A stretch of DNA of 32,000 nucleotides from Candidatus Minimicrobia sp. QA0096 (GTDB taxonomy: Bacteria; Patescibacteriota; Saccharimonadia; Saccharimonadales; Saccharimonadaceae): contig NZ_OZ017288.1 in the NCBI RefSeq assembly GCF_963967315.1, positions 450,001-482,000 on the forward strand. Reading direction: 5' to 3'. Numbering within the stretch: position 1 is the first letter of the stretch; each line of letters starts with the position of its first letter. The translations under genes and the position numbers were made by a program. The notes under the pieces were generated by a model. It ran no database searches. It was not told the origin of the DNA and worked only from the letters and a program-made list of their open reading frames with translations. Below, one piece after another: positions 16,043 through 24,026 of this stretch.

Positions 16043-17821
16043 TTATCTTATGATTATCTCCTGTTTTATCGAAGAGATCTTAATAGCCAAAAAACCTAGA
16101 AATTCCACTAAGGGTAAAAGCATATTGACACCATAGCTATTCGAAGCCTTATCATCTTCCGGATTCAGCGGACTATCATCAGCCCAAAACCCCGAATAAG
16201 CACCAGAAATATTTGTACTATTAATGATATTGTTTATATCATCTCCGTCGCAATTATAATTATCTTTTTCCTCCGATGAATTATCTGACGAAACAGGAAT
16301 TTCCTGAGAAACTGGAGTATTTAAATCCTCTTTCAAAACATTATCAATGCCATCACAACAATCGCTCGATTCTTCAATTTTTATAGAGCATTTTACCCCA
16401 TCGCAATCATCCGTAATAACCAATTCGCTACATTCTTCAGCCAATTCAGCTTTTTCCGCGACTTTTTTCACGGCCTCATCGACGATATTATTCCGATCAA
16501 TTGCATCATCGGCTAATTTCAAATCAGGAATAAATTGTCCTATTACTTCAAACCTATTAGTCGGCAATTCTTCCAATTCACACGTAACTTCTTCGCCCAA
16601 TTCTGCACAATCACCCAAATCATCTGCCATATTATCTGTTTCATTCACGACCATACAATTGTCAAAATCTTCGTCCATAGCAATATTCTCTGAATCTTCG
16701 AAACATACTTCACGCTCTTCAAAATCACGTTGTGGTAAAATTGGCGAATCCTCCTTATTTTCTGCCAATTCAGCAGATTCAATTCTTTTACGCACAGCCT
16801 CATCGCTCAACTCCACCTCAGCTGGCGCATTATTATTGTCATTCATCGCCATATCAATTTCATTATTGACTTGAAGAAAATCACGCACAGGCAAGGAATT
16901 TGGCTCATTAGAAATAGCTTTCTCGACCAGATCTTCCCTTGGAGTAGAATCTTCCAAAATCGGTGCAGAGTTTATATTATTTTCATCCCCTACATGGCTA
17001 TCTTCCTTTATAGATAATTCTCTCGGCAATTCATCACCTTTATCAACAGCCGGAGCTTGATTCTCAGAAGATACATCTCCTTTATAAATGTCTGCTTTTT
17101 CATCGATGTCTTCCGAGTCCATCAAGTTAATTTGACTAGCCACCTCAGTCTCCTCCGGCTCTTCGTTGATTTTCGGCGGGATATTTTCTTTGATCATTTT
17201 CGCGCTTGGAATATTTTCCGATGACGCACTTTCGCTATCCAAACATTCATCATCCGTCGGTTTGTTCGCCTCATTATTTTCCGCCGACACGCGTATCGAC
17301 ACATCATCATCGCTCGCTTCCAACTTAACCGCAGGTTTTTCTGATACGGATTCAGTTTTTTCATTTTCTGATGGATTATCTTTTTCAATCGACTCGGACG
17401 CCTTCTCTTCATTATCAACACTGACATATCCAGCAACAACAAAATCACAATCATCATTCATTAAGTCAGACAAATAGCTCTTCGGCTCCTCTGCTGCCGG
17501 CTGTAAATTCTCCTCAGCAAAATTACGCATTCGTAGTATTGAACAAGTTCCCGCCGCAGCACAACTGGCGCACGCCGCGCTGGCTACGTTTTGGCAAATT
17601 TCCGATCGTCTTTCAGCGTCCAAATATTTTTCTGCTGTTTCCGATTCATTTTCTTCGGCAAATGACGTATCAATTTTCTCACCGCTAGCAACCGCTTCTA
17701 CCAAATTTAATTCAGTCGCATCGTCATCAACTTCCGAAGATAAATCCTGAAAATTAACACCACCATTCAACGCTGAAAAAACATCAAAATCACCCGCTCC
17801 ATTTGCCAAACCTTCGTTCAT
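16043..17821 (-). CDS. 592-aa hyper-acidic, Cys-studded protein of unknown family with hydrophobic C-terminal tail
   Basis: Long uninterrupted ORF. Start set at ATG 17821 (MNEGLANG), which forms an ATGA overlap with the upstream reductase stop; the track's 17887 start would overlap that gene by 70 nt. By hand count there are about 150 Asp+Glu, about 45 Lys+Arg and 16 Cys. C-terminus is NMLLPLVEFLGFLAIKISSI. The Ser-rich plus-strand ORFs (16347-16874, 17166-17477) are antisense shadows. Confidence 0.7.
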   Translation of the reverse strand: MNEGLANGAGDFDVFSALNGGVNFQDLSSEVDDDATELNLVEAVASGEKIDTSFAEENESETAEKYLDAERRSEICQNVASAACASCAAAGTCSILRMRNFAEENLQPAAEEPKSYLSDLMNDDCDFVVAGYVSVDNEEKASESIEKDNPSENEKTESVSEKPAVKLEASDDDVSIRVSAENNEANKPTDDECLDSESASSENIPSAKMIKENIPPKINEEPEETEVASQINLMDSEDIDEKADIYKGDVSSENQAPAVDKGDELPRELSIKEDSHVGDENNINSAPILEDSTPREDLVEKAISNEPNSLPVRDFLQVNNEIDMAMNDNNNAPAEVELSDEAVRKRIESAELAENKEDSPILPQRDFEEREVCFEDSENIAMDEDFDNCMVVNETDNMADDLGDCAELGEEVTCELEELPTNRFEVIGQFIPDLKLADDAIDRNNIVDEAVKKVAEKAELAEECSELVITDDCDGVKCSIKIEESSDCCDGIDNVLKEDLNTPVSQEIPVSSDNSSEEKDNYNCDGDDINNIINSTNISGAYSGFWADDSPLNPEDDKASNSYGVNMLLPLVEFLGFLAIKISSIKQEIIIR

Positions 17822-18480
17822 TGTTCGAAAAATGTCTCCGTTGAAATTTTCAATTCGTTCACGCCAGCCGCAGATAATTTTTGCCAAACATCTCTAACAA
17901 ACGGCAAACTTCCACAGACCAAAAAATGCGCATCTTCTGGCGTTTCATGAACAATTTTTTCTACATTAAATCGACCGTTAAACCAACCATCTTTTTCCTC
18001 AATCTGCTGGCGAGTACTGAACTTCTTCACTTTAATATTTGACGCCGCTAGCTCATTTTCAAAAACCATATATTCTGGCGATTTTTGGCTAAAATATAAA
18101 AACGTCGGCTGGCTAGAACTTGCCATAACGCTCCAAATTGGACTAAGTCCGCAGCCCGCAGCAATTCCGACCAAAGGACCTTCCGTTTGCGGATTAAAAT
18201 CGCCATAAGCGTGGCTGATTTGCAATTTATCGCCAACATTCCGTGAACATAAATAGCTAGAAAATTCACCACCAACATTCTTCACGGTAATCGACATTAG
18301 CTCATCGTCAGGAGTAGAAGAAATACTATAAGCCTTCCCTTCACGCACGCTACTACCATCAATAAAAACAGTAATATATTGTCCGGCGGTAAAGTCGAAC
18401 GGTCGCGCAAAATATAATGTCTTCACCTCAGGATTTTCCTGACGGACGCGCACAATTTCAACCTCTAATGAATCACGCAT
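17818..18480 (-). CDS. Ferredoxin/flavodoxin-NAD(P)+ reductase-like flavoprotein (FAD_binding_6 + NAD_binding_1)
   Basis: 220 aa. Flavin motif GKAYSISS (RxYS type), VGGEFSSYL, NAD(P) motif VGIAAGCGLSPIWS, and C-terminal FLVCGSLPFV ... ETFFEQ. Overlaps nrdG by 16 nt. Confidence 0.8.
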   Translation of the reverse strand: MRDSLEVEIVRVRQENPEVKTLYFARPFDFTAGQYITVFIDGSSVREGKAYSISSTPDDELMSITVKNVGGEFSSYLCSRNVGDKLQISHAYGDFNPQTEGPLVGIAAGCGLSPIWSVMASSSQPTFLYFSQKSPEYMVFENELAASNIKVKKFSTRQQIEEKDGWFNGRFNVEKIVHETPEDAHFLVCGSLPFVRDVWQKLSAAGVNELKISTETFFEQ

Positions 18481-19205
18481 TCTCCAACGTACCTTTCCAT
18501 TATTTTCTGAGCTTCTCTAAATTCTTCGTCAGTAAAAGTGTGGTAATTCGCAAACTTTGGACTAATTGTCGTGCCGGTGCGAAAATGCTGCAGAGCAAAT
18601 CTCTTCGCGCCCTTAACCAGATCGCCAATCTTCTCAAAATCGCTAACTTCCAATTGCTCGCGGACAATCGTCGTACGGAATTCGTGATCAATTCCCGAAT
18701 CAATCATCAACCGAACATTCTCCTTGATCGCTTCCAAATCAATCGGTCGCGCCGCAATTTCAACATATTTTTCCAGCGGACCTTTTACGTCCATCGCAAT
18801 AAAGTCAATCAGTCCTTCTTTGACCATTCCGCGAACTATATCTGGATGCGTGCCGTTGGTGTCCAATTTAATATCAAAACCAAGTTCCTTAATCATCCGA
18901 CATAACTCCGGCAAATCTTCGTTTACCGTTGGCTCACCGCCAGAAATCACCACGCCGTCCAGTCGACCAACTCGCGATTTTAGAAATATCATCACTTCAT
19001 CAACTGGAATACTCGGTGCCAACCGTTCAGGTAATACCAATTCAGGATTATGACAATAACCGCACCGCATATTGCAACCAGAGAGAAACAGAGCTACCGC
19101 CACGTGCCCTGGATAATCCACGAGCGACAGCTTCTGAATTCCACCGATTGACACCTTAAGCTGCCGCGACGGCGCTAAGTCGCTGGTGTTCGGCGGCATC
19201 GTCAT
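18465..19205 (-). CDS. nrdG: Anaerobic ribonucleoside-triphosphate reductase activating protein (radical SAM)
   Basis: SLVDYPGHVAVALFLSGCNMRCGYCHN (CxxxCxxC) and GVVISGGEP. Start is uncertain: ATG 19205 overlaps nrdD by 50 nt, while GTG 19154 begins 1 nt after the nrdD stop. Confidence 0.9.
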   Translation of the reverse strand: MTMPPNTSDLAPSRQLKVSIGGIQKLSLVDYPGHVAVALFLSGCNMRCGYCHNPELVLPERLAPSIPVDEVMIFLKSRVGRLDGVVISGGEPTVNEDLPELCRMIKELGFDIKLDTNGTHPDIVRGMVKEGLIDFIAMDVKGPLEKYVEIAARPIDLEAIKENVRLMIDSGIDHEFRTTIVREQLEVSDFEKIGDLVKGAKRFALQHFRTGTTISPKFANYHTFTDEEFREAQKIMERYVGECVIH

Positions 19206-21282
19206 AATGCTCCCTCATTTCAAATTCCGCTTGCTTGCCCTTATTCCATTGAGAAACTGGACGCAAGAAACCAACCACACGTGAGTAAACTTCAGTCGCT
19301 TCACCACACTTTGGACATTCTGGATGCTCACCAACAATATAGCCGTGGTTCTTACAAATTGAGAAGCTTGGACTGAACGTGAAGTATGGCAATTTGTAAT
19401 TTTCACAAATCGTTTTCACCAATTTTTTCAAAGTTTGCGGATCGTCCATGCGCTCACCTAAGAAGAAGTGAATCACCGTGCCGCCCGTATACTTGGTTTG
19501 CAAATTGTCCTGAAGATCCATCAACTCAAACAAATCGTCCGTGTAATTAACTGGCAAGTGGCTAGAGTTGGTATAGAACGGACATTTAACTTCCGCACCA
19601 ATTCCATTAGCAAAATGTGCTCGATCTGGGAAGCTAGCTTTATCAAGTTGTGCCAATCGATACGTCGTGCCTTCAGCTGGCGTTGCCTCAAGATTGTAAT
19701 TATTGCCAGTTTCCTTCTGATATTCCACCAAACGATCGCGCATAAAATCAAGCGTTTTCTCAGCAAAAGCCTTACCTTTTTCCGTGCCAATATCAACGCC
19801 TAGTAAATTAAGCGCCGCCTCGTTCGTGCCGATCAAACCGATAGTTGAAAAATGGTTCTTCCAATATTGATTGAAACGTTGCTTAATGTTTCGCAAATAA
19901 AACTTAGTGTACGGATACAAATTAGCGTCGGTCAATCGCTCCAAAACTTTACGCTTGGTCTCCAAACTGTCCTTTGCCATATCCATAAGTTCAGCCAATC
20001 CCTTAAAGAACTCTTTCTCATTCTTAGATTTTAGCGCCAGTCGTGGCAAGTTTATCGTTACCACACCGACCGAACCAGTCATTGGATTTGAGCCGAACAA
20101 GCCACCGCCACGATATTCCAATTGACGATTATCTATACGCAATCGACAGCACATTGAGCGCGCATCTTCTGGATCCATGTCGGAATTGATGAAGTTTGAG
20201 AAGTACGGAATGCCGTATTTAGCGCTAGCTTCCCACAAACTTTCAATCACCGGATTATCCCAATTGAAATCCTTGGTGATATTAACCGTTGGAATTGGGA
20301 AGGTAAAGACTCGACCATTAGCGTCGCCCTCAGAAAGAACCTCCAGCAGCGCCTTGTTTAGCATATTCATTTCTTCTTGATATTCGCCATAAGTCGTGTC
20401 CTGCATTTCGCCACCAATAATCACTGGATTATCTGCCATGTGTTTTGGACATTCAAGGTCAAGTGTAATGTTGGTAAACGGCGTCTGGAAACCAACACGA
20501 GTCGGCACGTTGACATTAAAGACGAATTCTTGAATAGCCTGTTTTACTTCCTCATAGCTCAATTTGTCGGCACGAATAAACGGCGCTAATAGTGTATCAA
20601 AATCAGAAAAAGCCTGCGCACCAGCCGCTTCGCCCTGTAATGTATAAAAGAAGTTTACGACTTGACCAAGCGCTGATCGGAAATGCTTAGCCGGCTTAGA
20701 AGCAACCTTACCAGCCACGCCAGTAAATCCTTCTTGCAATAAGTCAGTCAGATCCCAACCAACACAATAAACGCTTAGCAAGTTAAGGTCGTGAATGTGT
20801 AAGTCGCCTTCTTTGTGAGCTTGCCCAATCTTCGATGTATAAATTTTATCCAGCCAGTAAGTCTTCGTAATCTCCGCTGAAACATAGTTATTCAAACCCT
20901 GAAGACTATAGCCCATATTAGAGTTTTCATTAACTTTCCAGTCCAAATTTTTCAGATATTTATCAATCAAATCAACGTGTGCATTAGAGGTAATTTCGCG
21001 CAATTTTTTATGCTGATCGCGGTAAATAATGTACGCCTTTGCAGTCTTCTTAAACTTAGAGTCAATCAACGCATCCTCAACAATGTCCTGAATATCTTCA
21101 ACGCTTGGTAGACGTTTCTGATTACGAGTTTCCAAAACTCCCAAAACCTTGTCGGTCAATTCAACTGCTTGAGCGGCGTCAAATTCACCAGTTTCCAGTC
21201 CTGCTTTTTCAATCGCTTTTTCAATTTTTTTCCGATCAAATTTAGCAGTTCGACCGTCGCGTTTTTTAATTGATTTATACAT
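19156..21282 (-). CDS. nrdD: Anaerobic ribonucleoside-triphosphate reductase (class III RNR)
   Basis: N-terminal ATP-cone (IKKRDGRTAKFDRKKIEKAIEKAG), Zn-ribbon CPKCG, and glycyl-radical motif SRVVGFLRP at the C-terminus. Start at ATG 21282, preceded by AAGGAGGGGG; the track's 21345 start lacks an RBS. Confidence 0.92.
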   Translation of the reverse strand: MYKSIKKRDGRTAKFDRKKIEKAIEKAGLETGEFDAAQAVELTDKVLGVLETRNQKRLPSVEDIQDIVEDALIDSKFKKTAKAYIIYRDQHKKLREITSNAHVDLIDKYLKNLDWKVNENSNMGYSLQGLNNYVSAEITKTYWLDKIYTSKIGQAHKEGDLHIHDLNLLSVYCVGWDLTDLLQEGFTGVAGKVASKPAKHFRSALGQVVNFFYTLQGEAAGAQAFSDFDTLLAPFIRADKLSYEEVKQAIQEFVFNVNVPTRVGFQTPFTNITLDLECPKHMADNPVIIGGEMQDTTYGEYQEEMNMLNKALLEVLSEGDANGRVFTFPIPTVNITKDFNWDNPVIESLWEASAKYGIPYFSNFINSDMDPEDARSMCCRLRIDNRQLEYRGGGLFGSNPMTGSVGVVTINLPRLALKSKNEKEFFKGLAELMDMAKDSLETKRKVLERLTDANLYPYTKFYLRNIKQRFNQYWKNHFSTIGLIGTNEAALNLLGVDIGTEKGKAFAEKTLDFMRDRLVEYQKETGNNYNLEATPAEGTTYRLAQLDKASFPDRAHFANGIGAEVKCPFYTNSSHLPVNYTDDLFELMDLQDNLQTKYTGGTVIHFFLGERMDDPQTLKKLVKTICENYKLPYFTFSPSFSICKNHGYIVGEHPECPKCGEATEVYSRVVGFLRPVSQWNKGKQAEFEMREHYDDAAEHQRLSAVAAA

Positions 21283-21367
21283 TCCCCCTCCTTGTTTATA
21301 AAAATAGCAAACTAGCCCAACCTCTCCAGTGGGTGCATGTTGCAAAAAACGTTATTTATTTTCTAAA

Positions 21368-21383
21368 ACACCATATGTAGTGC
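21368..21383 (-). promoter_or_regulatory. NrdR-type box (promoter-proximal/downstream)
   Basis: Minus strand gcACTACATATGGTGT matches 13 of 16 positions of the NrdR box consensus acaCwAtATaTwGtgt (hand alignment). Confidence 0.55.
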
Positions 21384-21392
21384 TTAATATTG

Positions 21393-21422
21393 AATATACA
21401 CGCGATATATAGCGTCTGTCAA
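21393..21422 (-). promoter_or_regulatory. nrdD promoter: TTGACA -35, 18-nt spacer, TATATT -10
   Basis: Minus strand reads catTGACAgacgctatatatcgcgtgTATATTcaa, leaving a leader of about 100 nt to ATG 21282. Confidence 0.5.
21400..21415 (-). promoter_or_regulatory. NrdR-type box (inside the -35/-10 spacer)
   Basis: Minus strand acgCTATATATcGcgt matches 13 of 16 consensus positions. Centre-to-centre distance to the other box is 32 bp, about three helical turns. Confidence 0.55.
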
Positions 21423-21458
21423 TGAAAGTACATTGTATTATTTACATTTATGATTTCT

Positions 21459-22469
21459 TTACATAGATTGCAATAAATCATAAGCAACAGCCGCTGATAA
21501 CGCCTGCATTTGACGAAGATTATCACCCGGCTTGAGCGGTGGTTTGAGGCTACGTGTAAGGAAAAATCCGACAAATGACGCCAACATTTCCGCGTTCAAC
21601 TCACCTAGCCACGATGTTACGTCATGACCATGGCGCGCCATATCAACCAGAAATTCTGTCGCACCAGATCCCTGGGGTACATAGGAAGCCCAGTTCCAGT
21701 CAACCAACTTCAACTCGCCAGTTTGCGGATTAAATGCCAAATTATCACTACGAACATCCGAATGATTAAAGCAATCTTCCGTCTGCTTGGCAAATTCTTT
21801 AGCGCGCACCGAAATATCAATCAACTCATCGCGCTTTTCTAACAGCTCAATTATAGCCTGACAACGCCGCTGATTAATCTCCAACTGATTTGGCAATAGT
21901 TTTTGATAGTTATTAATCAACCGACGACGAATATCAGCGTCAGCAATAATCTGATCAATCCCATCATCTAAGCCAAGCTTTTCCGCCGCAAACGGTTGTA
22001 GTTGTAATTCTTCAATCAACTCTTGTGGCAATTTTATTTTTTCCAACTCGCGAACCGCGGTTATCACCGTCGAAATATAGTGTTCCGCGACAGAGTTATC
22101 CGTCGGAGGTTGCCACAACCACCCATCCGACGAAGCGTAACTACTCGTCATCAACACGTAACCGTCATCAGCCAATTCAGTCCAATCAGCAACATATTGC
22201 GGATAAGTTTTCTGTAACAAACGCGTTACTGCATAATCTTTTTTTAGCCAGCCTAATTCCCGCTCGCCCTCATCCGACAATAAATTAGCATCAACTTCTT
22301 TAACGAAAATTGTTCGACCACCAGACGACACTAACGCTCGGCGATTAAGCGAAAAGCCGCCACTTACTGGCGTGATCCGTAATTCAGATAAATCAACGTT
22401 TAGCTCTGTCGCCGCACATTGCAAGGCTCTGTCGGTTAATAATTTATCGCGATCTGGCAATGTTTCCAT
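21459..22469 (-). CDS. Phosphotransferase of the APH/choline-kinase protein-kinase-like fold, substrate unknown
   Basis: 336 aa. Brenner motif HSDVRSDN (HxDxxxxN) followed by LKLVDWNWA (metal-binding Asp). Confidence 0.7.
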   Translation of the reverse strand: METLPDRDKLLTDRALQCAATELNVDLSELRITPVSGGFSLNRRALVSSGGRTIFVKEVDANLLSDEGERELGWLKKDYAVTRLLQKTYPQYVADWTELADDGYVLMTSSYASSDGWLWQPPTDNSVAEHYISTVITAVRELEKIKLPQELIEELQLQPFAAEKLGLDDGIDQIIADADIRRRLINNYQKLLPNQLEINQRRCQAIIELLEKRDELIDISVRAKEFAKQTEDCFNHSDVRSDNLAFNPQTGELKLVDWNWASYVPQGSGATEFLVDMARHGHDVTSWLGELNAEMLASFVGFFLTRSLKPPLKPGDNLRQMQALSAAVAYDLLQSM

Positions 22470-22475
22470 GCATAA

Positions 22476-22484
22476 ATTATAACA
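22476..22484 (-). promoter_or_regulatory. Extended -10 TGtTATAAT, 6 nt upstream of ATG 22469 (leaderless geometry)
   Basis: Minus strand reads gaTGtTATAATttatgcATGgaa. Confidence 0.5.
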
Positions 22485-22551
22485 TCATCTTCAATCAGTT
22501 TTAATTTTGCTGTAAAATTGACTATTCTTCTTTTATTTTTATTCTGCTTGT

Positions 22552-22560
22552 TGTTATAAT
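22552..22560 (+). promoter_or_regulatory. Extended -10 TGtTATAAT of GH16 paralog 1
   Basis: Part of TTTTATTCTGCTTGTTGTTATAAT, which is repeated with small changes upstream of paralog 2. A leader of about 30 nt carries the SD aaGGGGAG. Confidence 0.5.
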
Positions 22561-22590
22561 TGGTGTCTAACATAAGTTTAAGGGGAGTGT

Positions 22591-23838
22591 ATGTTAATAA
22601 GAAAACGCTTTTTAAATACAAAAGTTAAAATATTAACTGGAGTAATAGCCGCTGGACTATTCATTAGTGGATCACTACTTACCTTGCCGACTGGACAAGC
22701 TAAGGGTGTCGTCAGCGATGATTATCCATTAAATGATAGTACTCATTGGAACACAGAACCTGTTTGGCGTGATGAGTTTAATGGCACATCGTTAGATAAA
22801 GATTCTTGGAATATATACGGCAGCGGATGGAGCGCTAATAACGTCCAAAGCTGCTACAGTAGGAGCGAAGAGAATGTGAATGTTAAAAACGGCAGTCTAA
22901 ACTTAGTAGGACTATACAAGCCTGGCGCGCGTTGCAAAGGAAATGAAAAAAGCGGCAACTTCACCTCTGGATTCGTAGAAACGAAGGGTAAGAAGTCTTG
23001 GACTTACGGCTACATCGAGGCGCGTATAAAAATGCCAAATAATAAGAGTACTTGGCCTGGTTTTTGGCTGAGTCCTGACAAACCTACATACGGCAGTTGG
23101 CCTCGCAGTGGTGAAATTGACATCGTAGAAACTAAAGGTTCTAACTTAGATTACGCCGCAGCAGACGCTCACTGGGGACTTTCAACATACAATAAAAAAC
23201 ATGCTCAAGGCAAGGATTTGCCAGCTGGATTCAAAGATACCACTCAGTGGCACACTTACGGCGTAAAATGGACTGAAGGAAAATTGGAATATTACATTGA
23301 CGGCGTAAAGTTCCACACTGTCAACGGATTCGATCAGCCAAACGCAGCAAACGCGCCTTATGGTCCGTTTGATCAACCATTCTTCCTGCGTCTTAACTTA
23401 GCAATTGGCGGTGATTACATCGACGGTAAAGGCAGTAAATGGTCAAACGCCTACAATGCCCTAGCTAAATATCCAAAGTCATTCCCAGCAACTATGTCAA
23501 TCGATTATGTTCGCGTATACGAAAGGCGAACAGCTAAGGAAATAAACGTGCCAGATAACAATTTGCGCACTCAACTTAATAAAAAACTGTCGACAGCGCT
23601 TAGCACTAATCGTAAAGACGATCAAAAAATTACTGACGTAGAGTTGGAAAAATTGACAGATCTTAACTTGGATGCAGCTGACGACGCATCAGAAGCAGAA
23701 AAGATTCACGATTTAACAGGCTTAGAGGCAGCTAAAAACCTTAAGACTTTATCTCTTAAGAACAACTCCGTCTTCGACTTAAGAGCGGTTTCTAACATCA
23801 AATCTCTAAAGTCAATAAACCTAACGATTAATCGCTAA
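22591..23838 (+). CDS. Secreted GH16 family beta-glucanase (laminarinase/lichenase-like) with truncated LRR tail, no anchor
   Basis: Signal peptide. GH16 catalytic motif GEIDIVE (ExDxxE), WPGFWL and FFLRLNLAIGG. The C-terminus has an LRR cap and about 2 repeats, then a stop (LTINR*). Confidence 0.85.
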   Translation: MLIRKRFLNTKVKILTGVIAAGLFISGSLLTLPTGQAKGVVSDDYPLNDSTHWNTEPVWRDEFNGTSLDKDSWNIYGSGWSANNVQSCYSRSEENVNVKNGSLNLVGLYKPGARCKGNEKSGNFTSGFVETKGKKSWTYGYIEARIKMPNNKSTWPGFWLSPDKPTYGSWPRSGEIDIVETKGSNLDYAAADAHWGLSTYNKKHAQGKDLPAGFKDTTQWHTYGVKWTEGKLEYYIDGVKFHTVNGFDQPNAANAPYGPFDQPFFLRLNLAIGGDYIDGKGSKWSNAYNALAKYPKSFPATMSIDYVRVYERRTAKEINVPDNNLRTQLNKKLSTALSTNRKDDQKITDVELEKLTDLNLDAADDASEAEKIHDLTGLEAAKNLKTLSLKNNSVFDLRAVSNIKSLKSINLTINR

Positions 23839-23859
23839 TTAGCTTAGGCGTTTACAGGA

Positions 23860-23893
23860 AAATTGTCATCTCATTACGGGGTGGCAATTTTTT
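23860..23893 (+). terminator. Weak rho-independent terminator after GH16 paralog 1
   Basis: AAATTGTCA (23860-23868) pairs with TGGCAATTT (23882-23890, one G-U pair), followed by a T-run. Confidence 0.5.
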
Positions 23894-23981
23894 ATTTCAG
23901 CTTAAAACCTCAGCATTCAGCGTTTTCACAGCTCTGTTGTTAAAATAACTACATAATATTCTTTACTTTTATTCCGCTTAT

Positions 23982-23990
23982 TGTTACACT
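23982..23990 (+). promoter_or_regulatory. Extended -10 TGtTACACT of GH16 paralog 2
   Basis: TTTTATTCCGCTTATTGTTACACT is the duplicated promoter module; SD tGGGAGaa precedes ATG 24027. Confidence 0.45.
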
Positions 23991-24026
23991 AGCGATGGAT
24001 AAAAAATATTTGGGAGAAAACAAAAA

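Noticed and set aside
16347-17477. Ser-rich plus-strand ORFs 16347-16874 and 17166-17477, and minus-strand 17194-17457
   Set aside because: The plus-strand ORFs are antisense products of GAT/GAA/GAC-rich codons of the acidic ORF, and the minus-strand one is an off-frame product. All are low-complexity, and the 592-codon frame is the only one spanning the whole interval.
17822-17887. Longer start (17887) for the acidic ORF and 21345 for nrdD
   Set aside because: The 17887 start would overlap the reductase gene by 70 nt, whereas ATG 17821 gives a canonical ATGA coupling. For nrdD, ATG 21282 follows GGAGGGGG and begins the ATP-cone.
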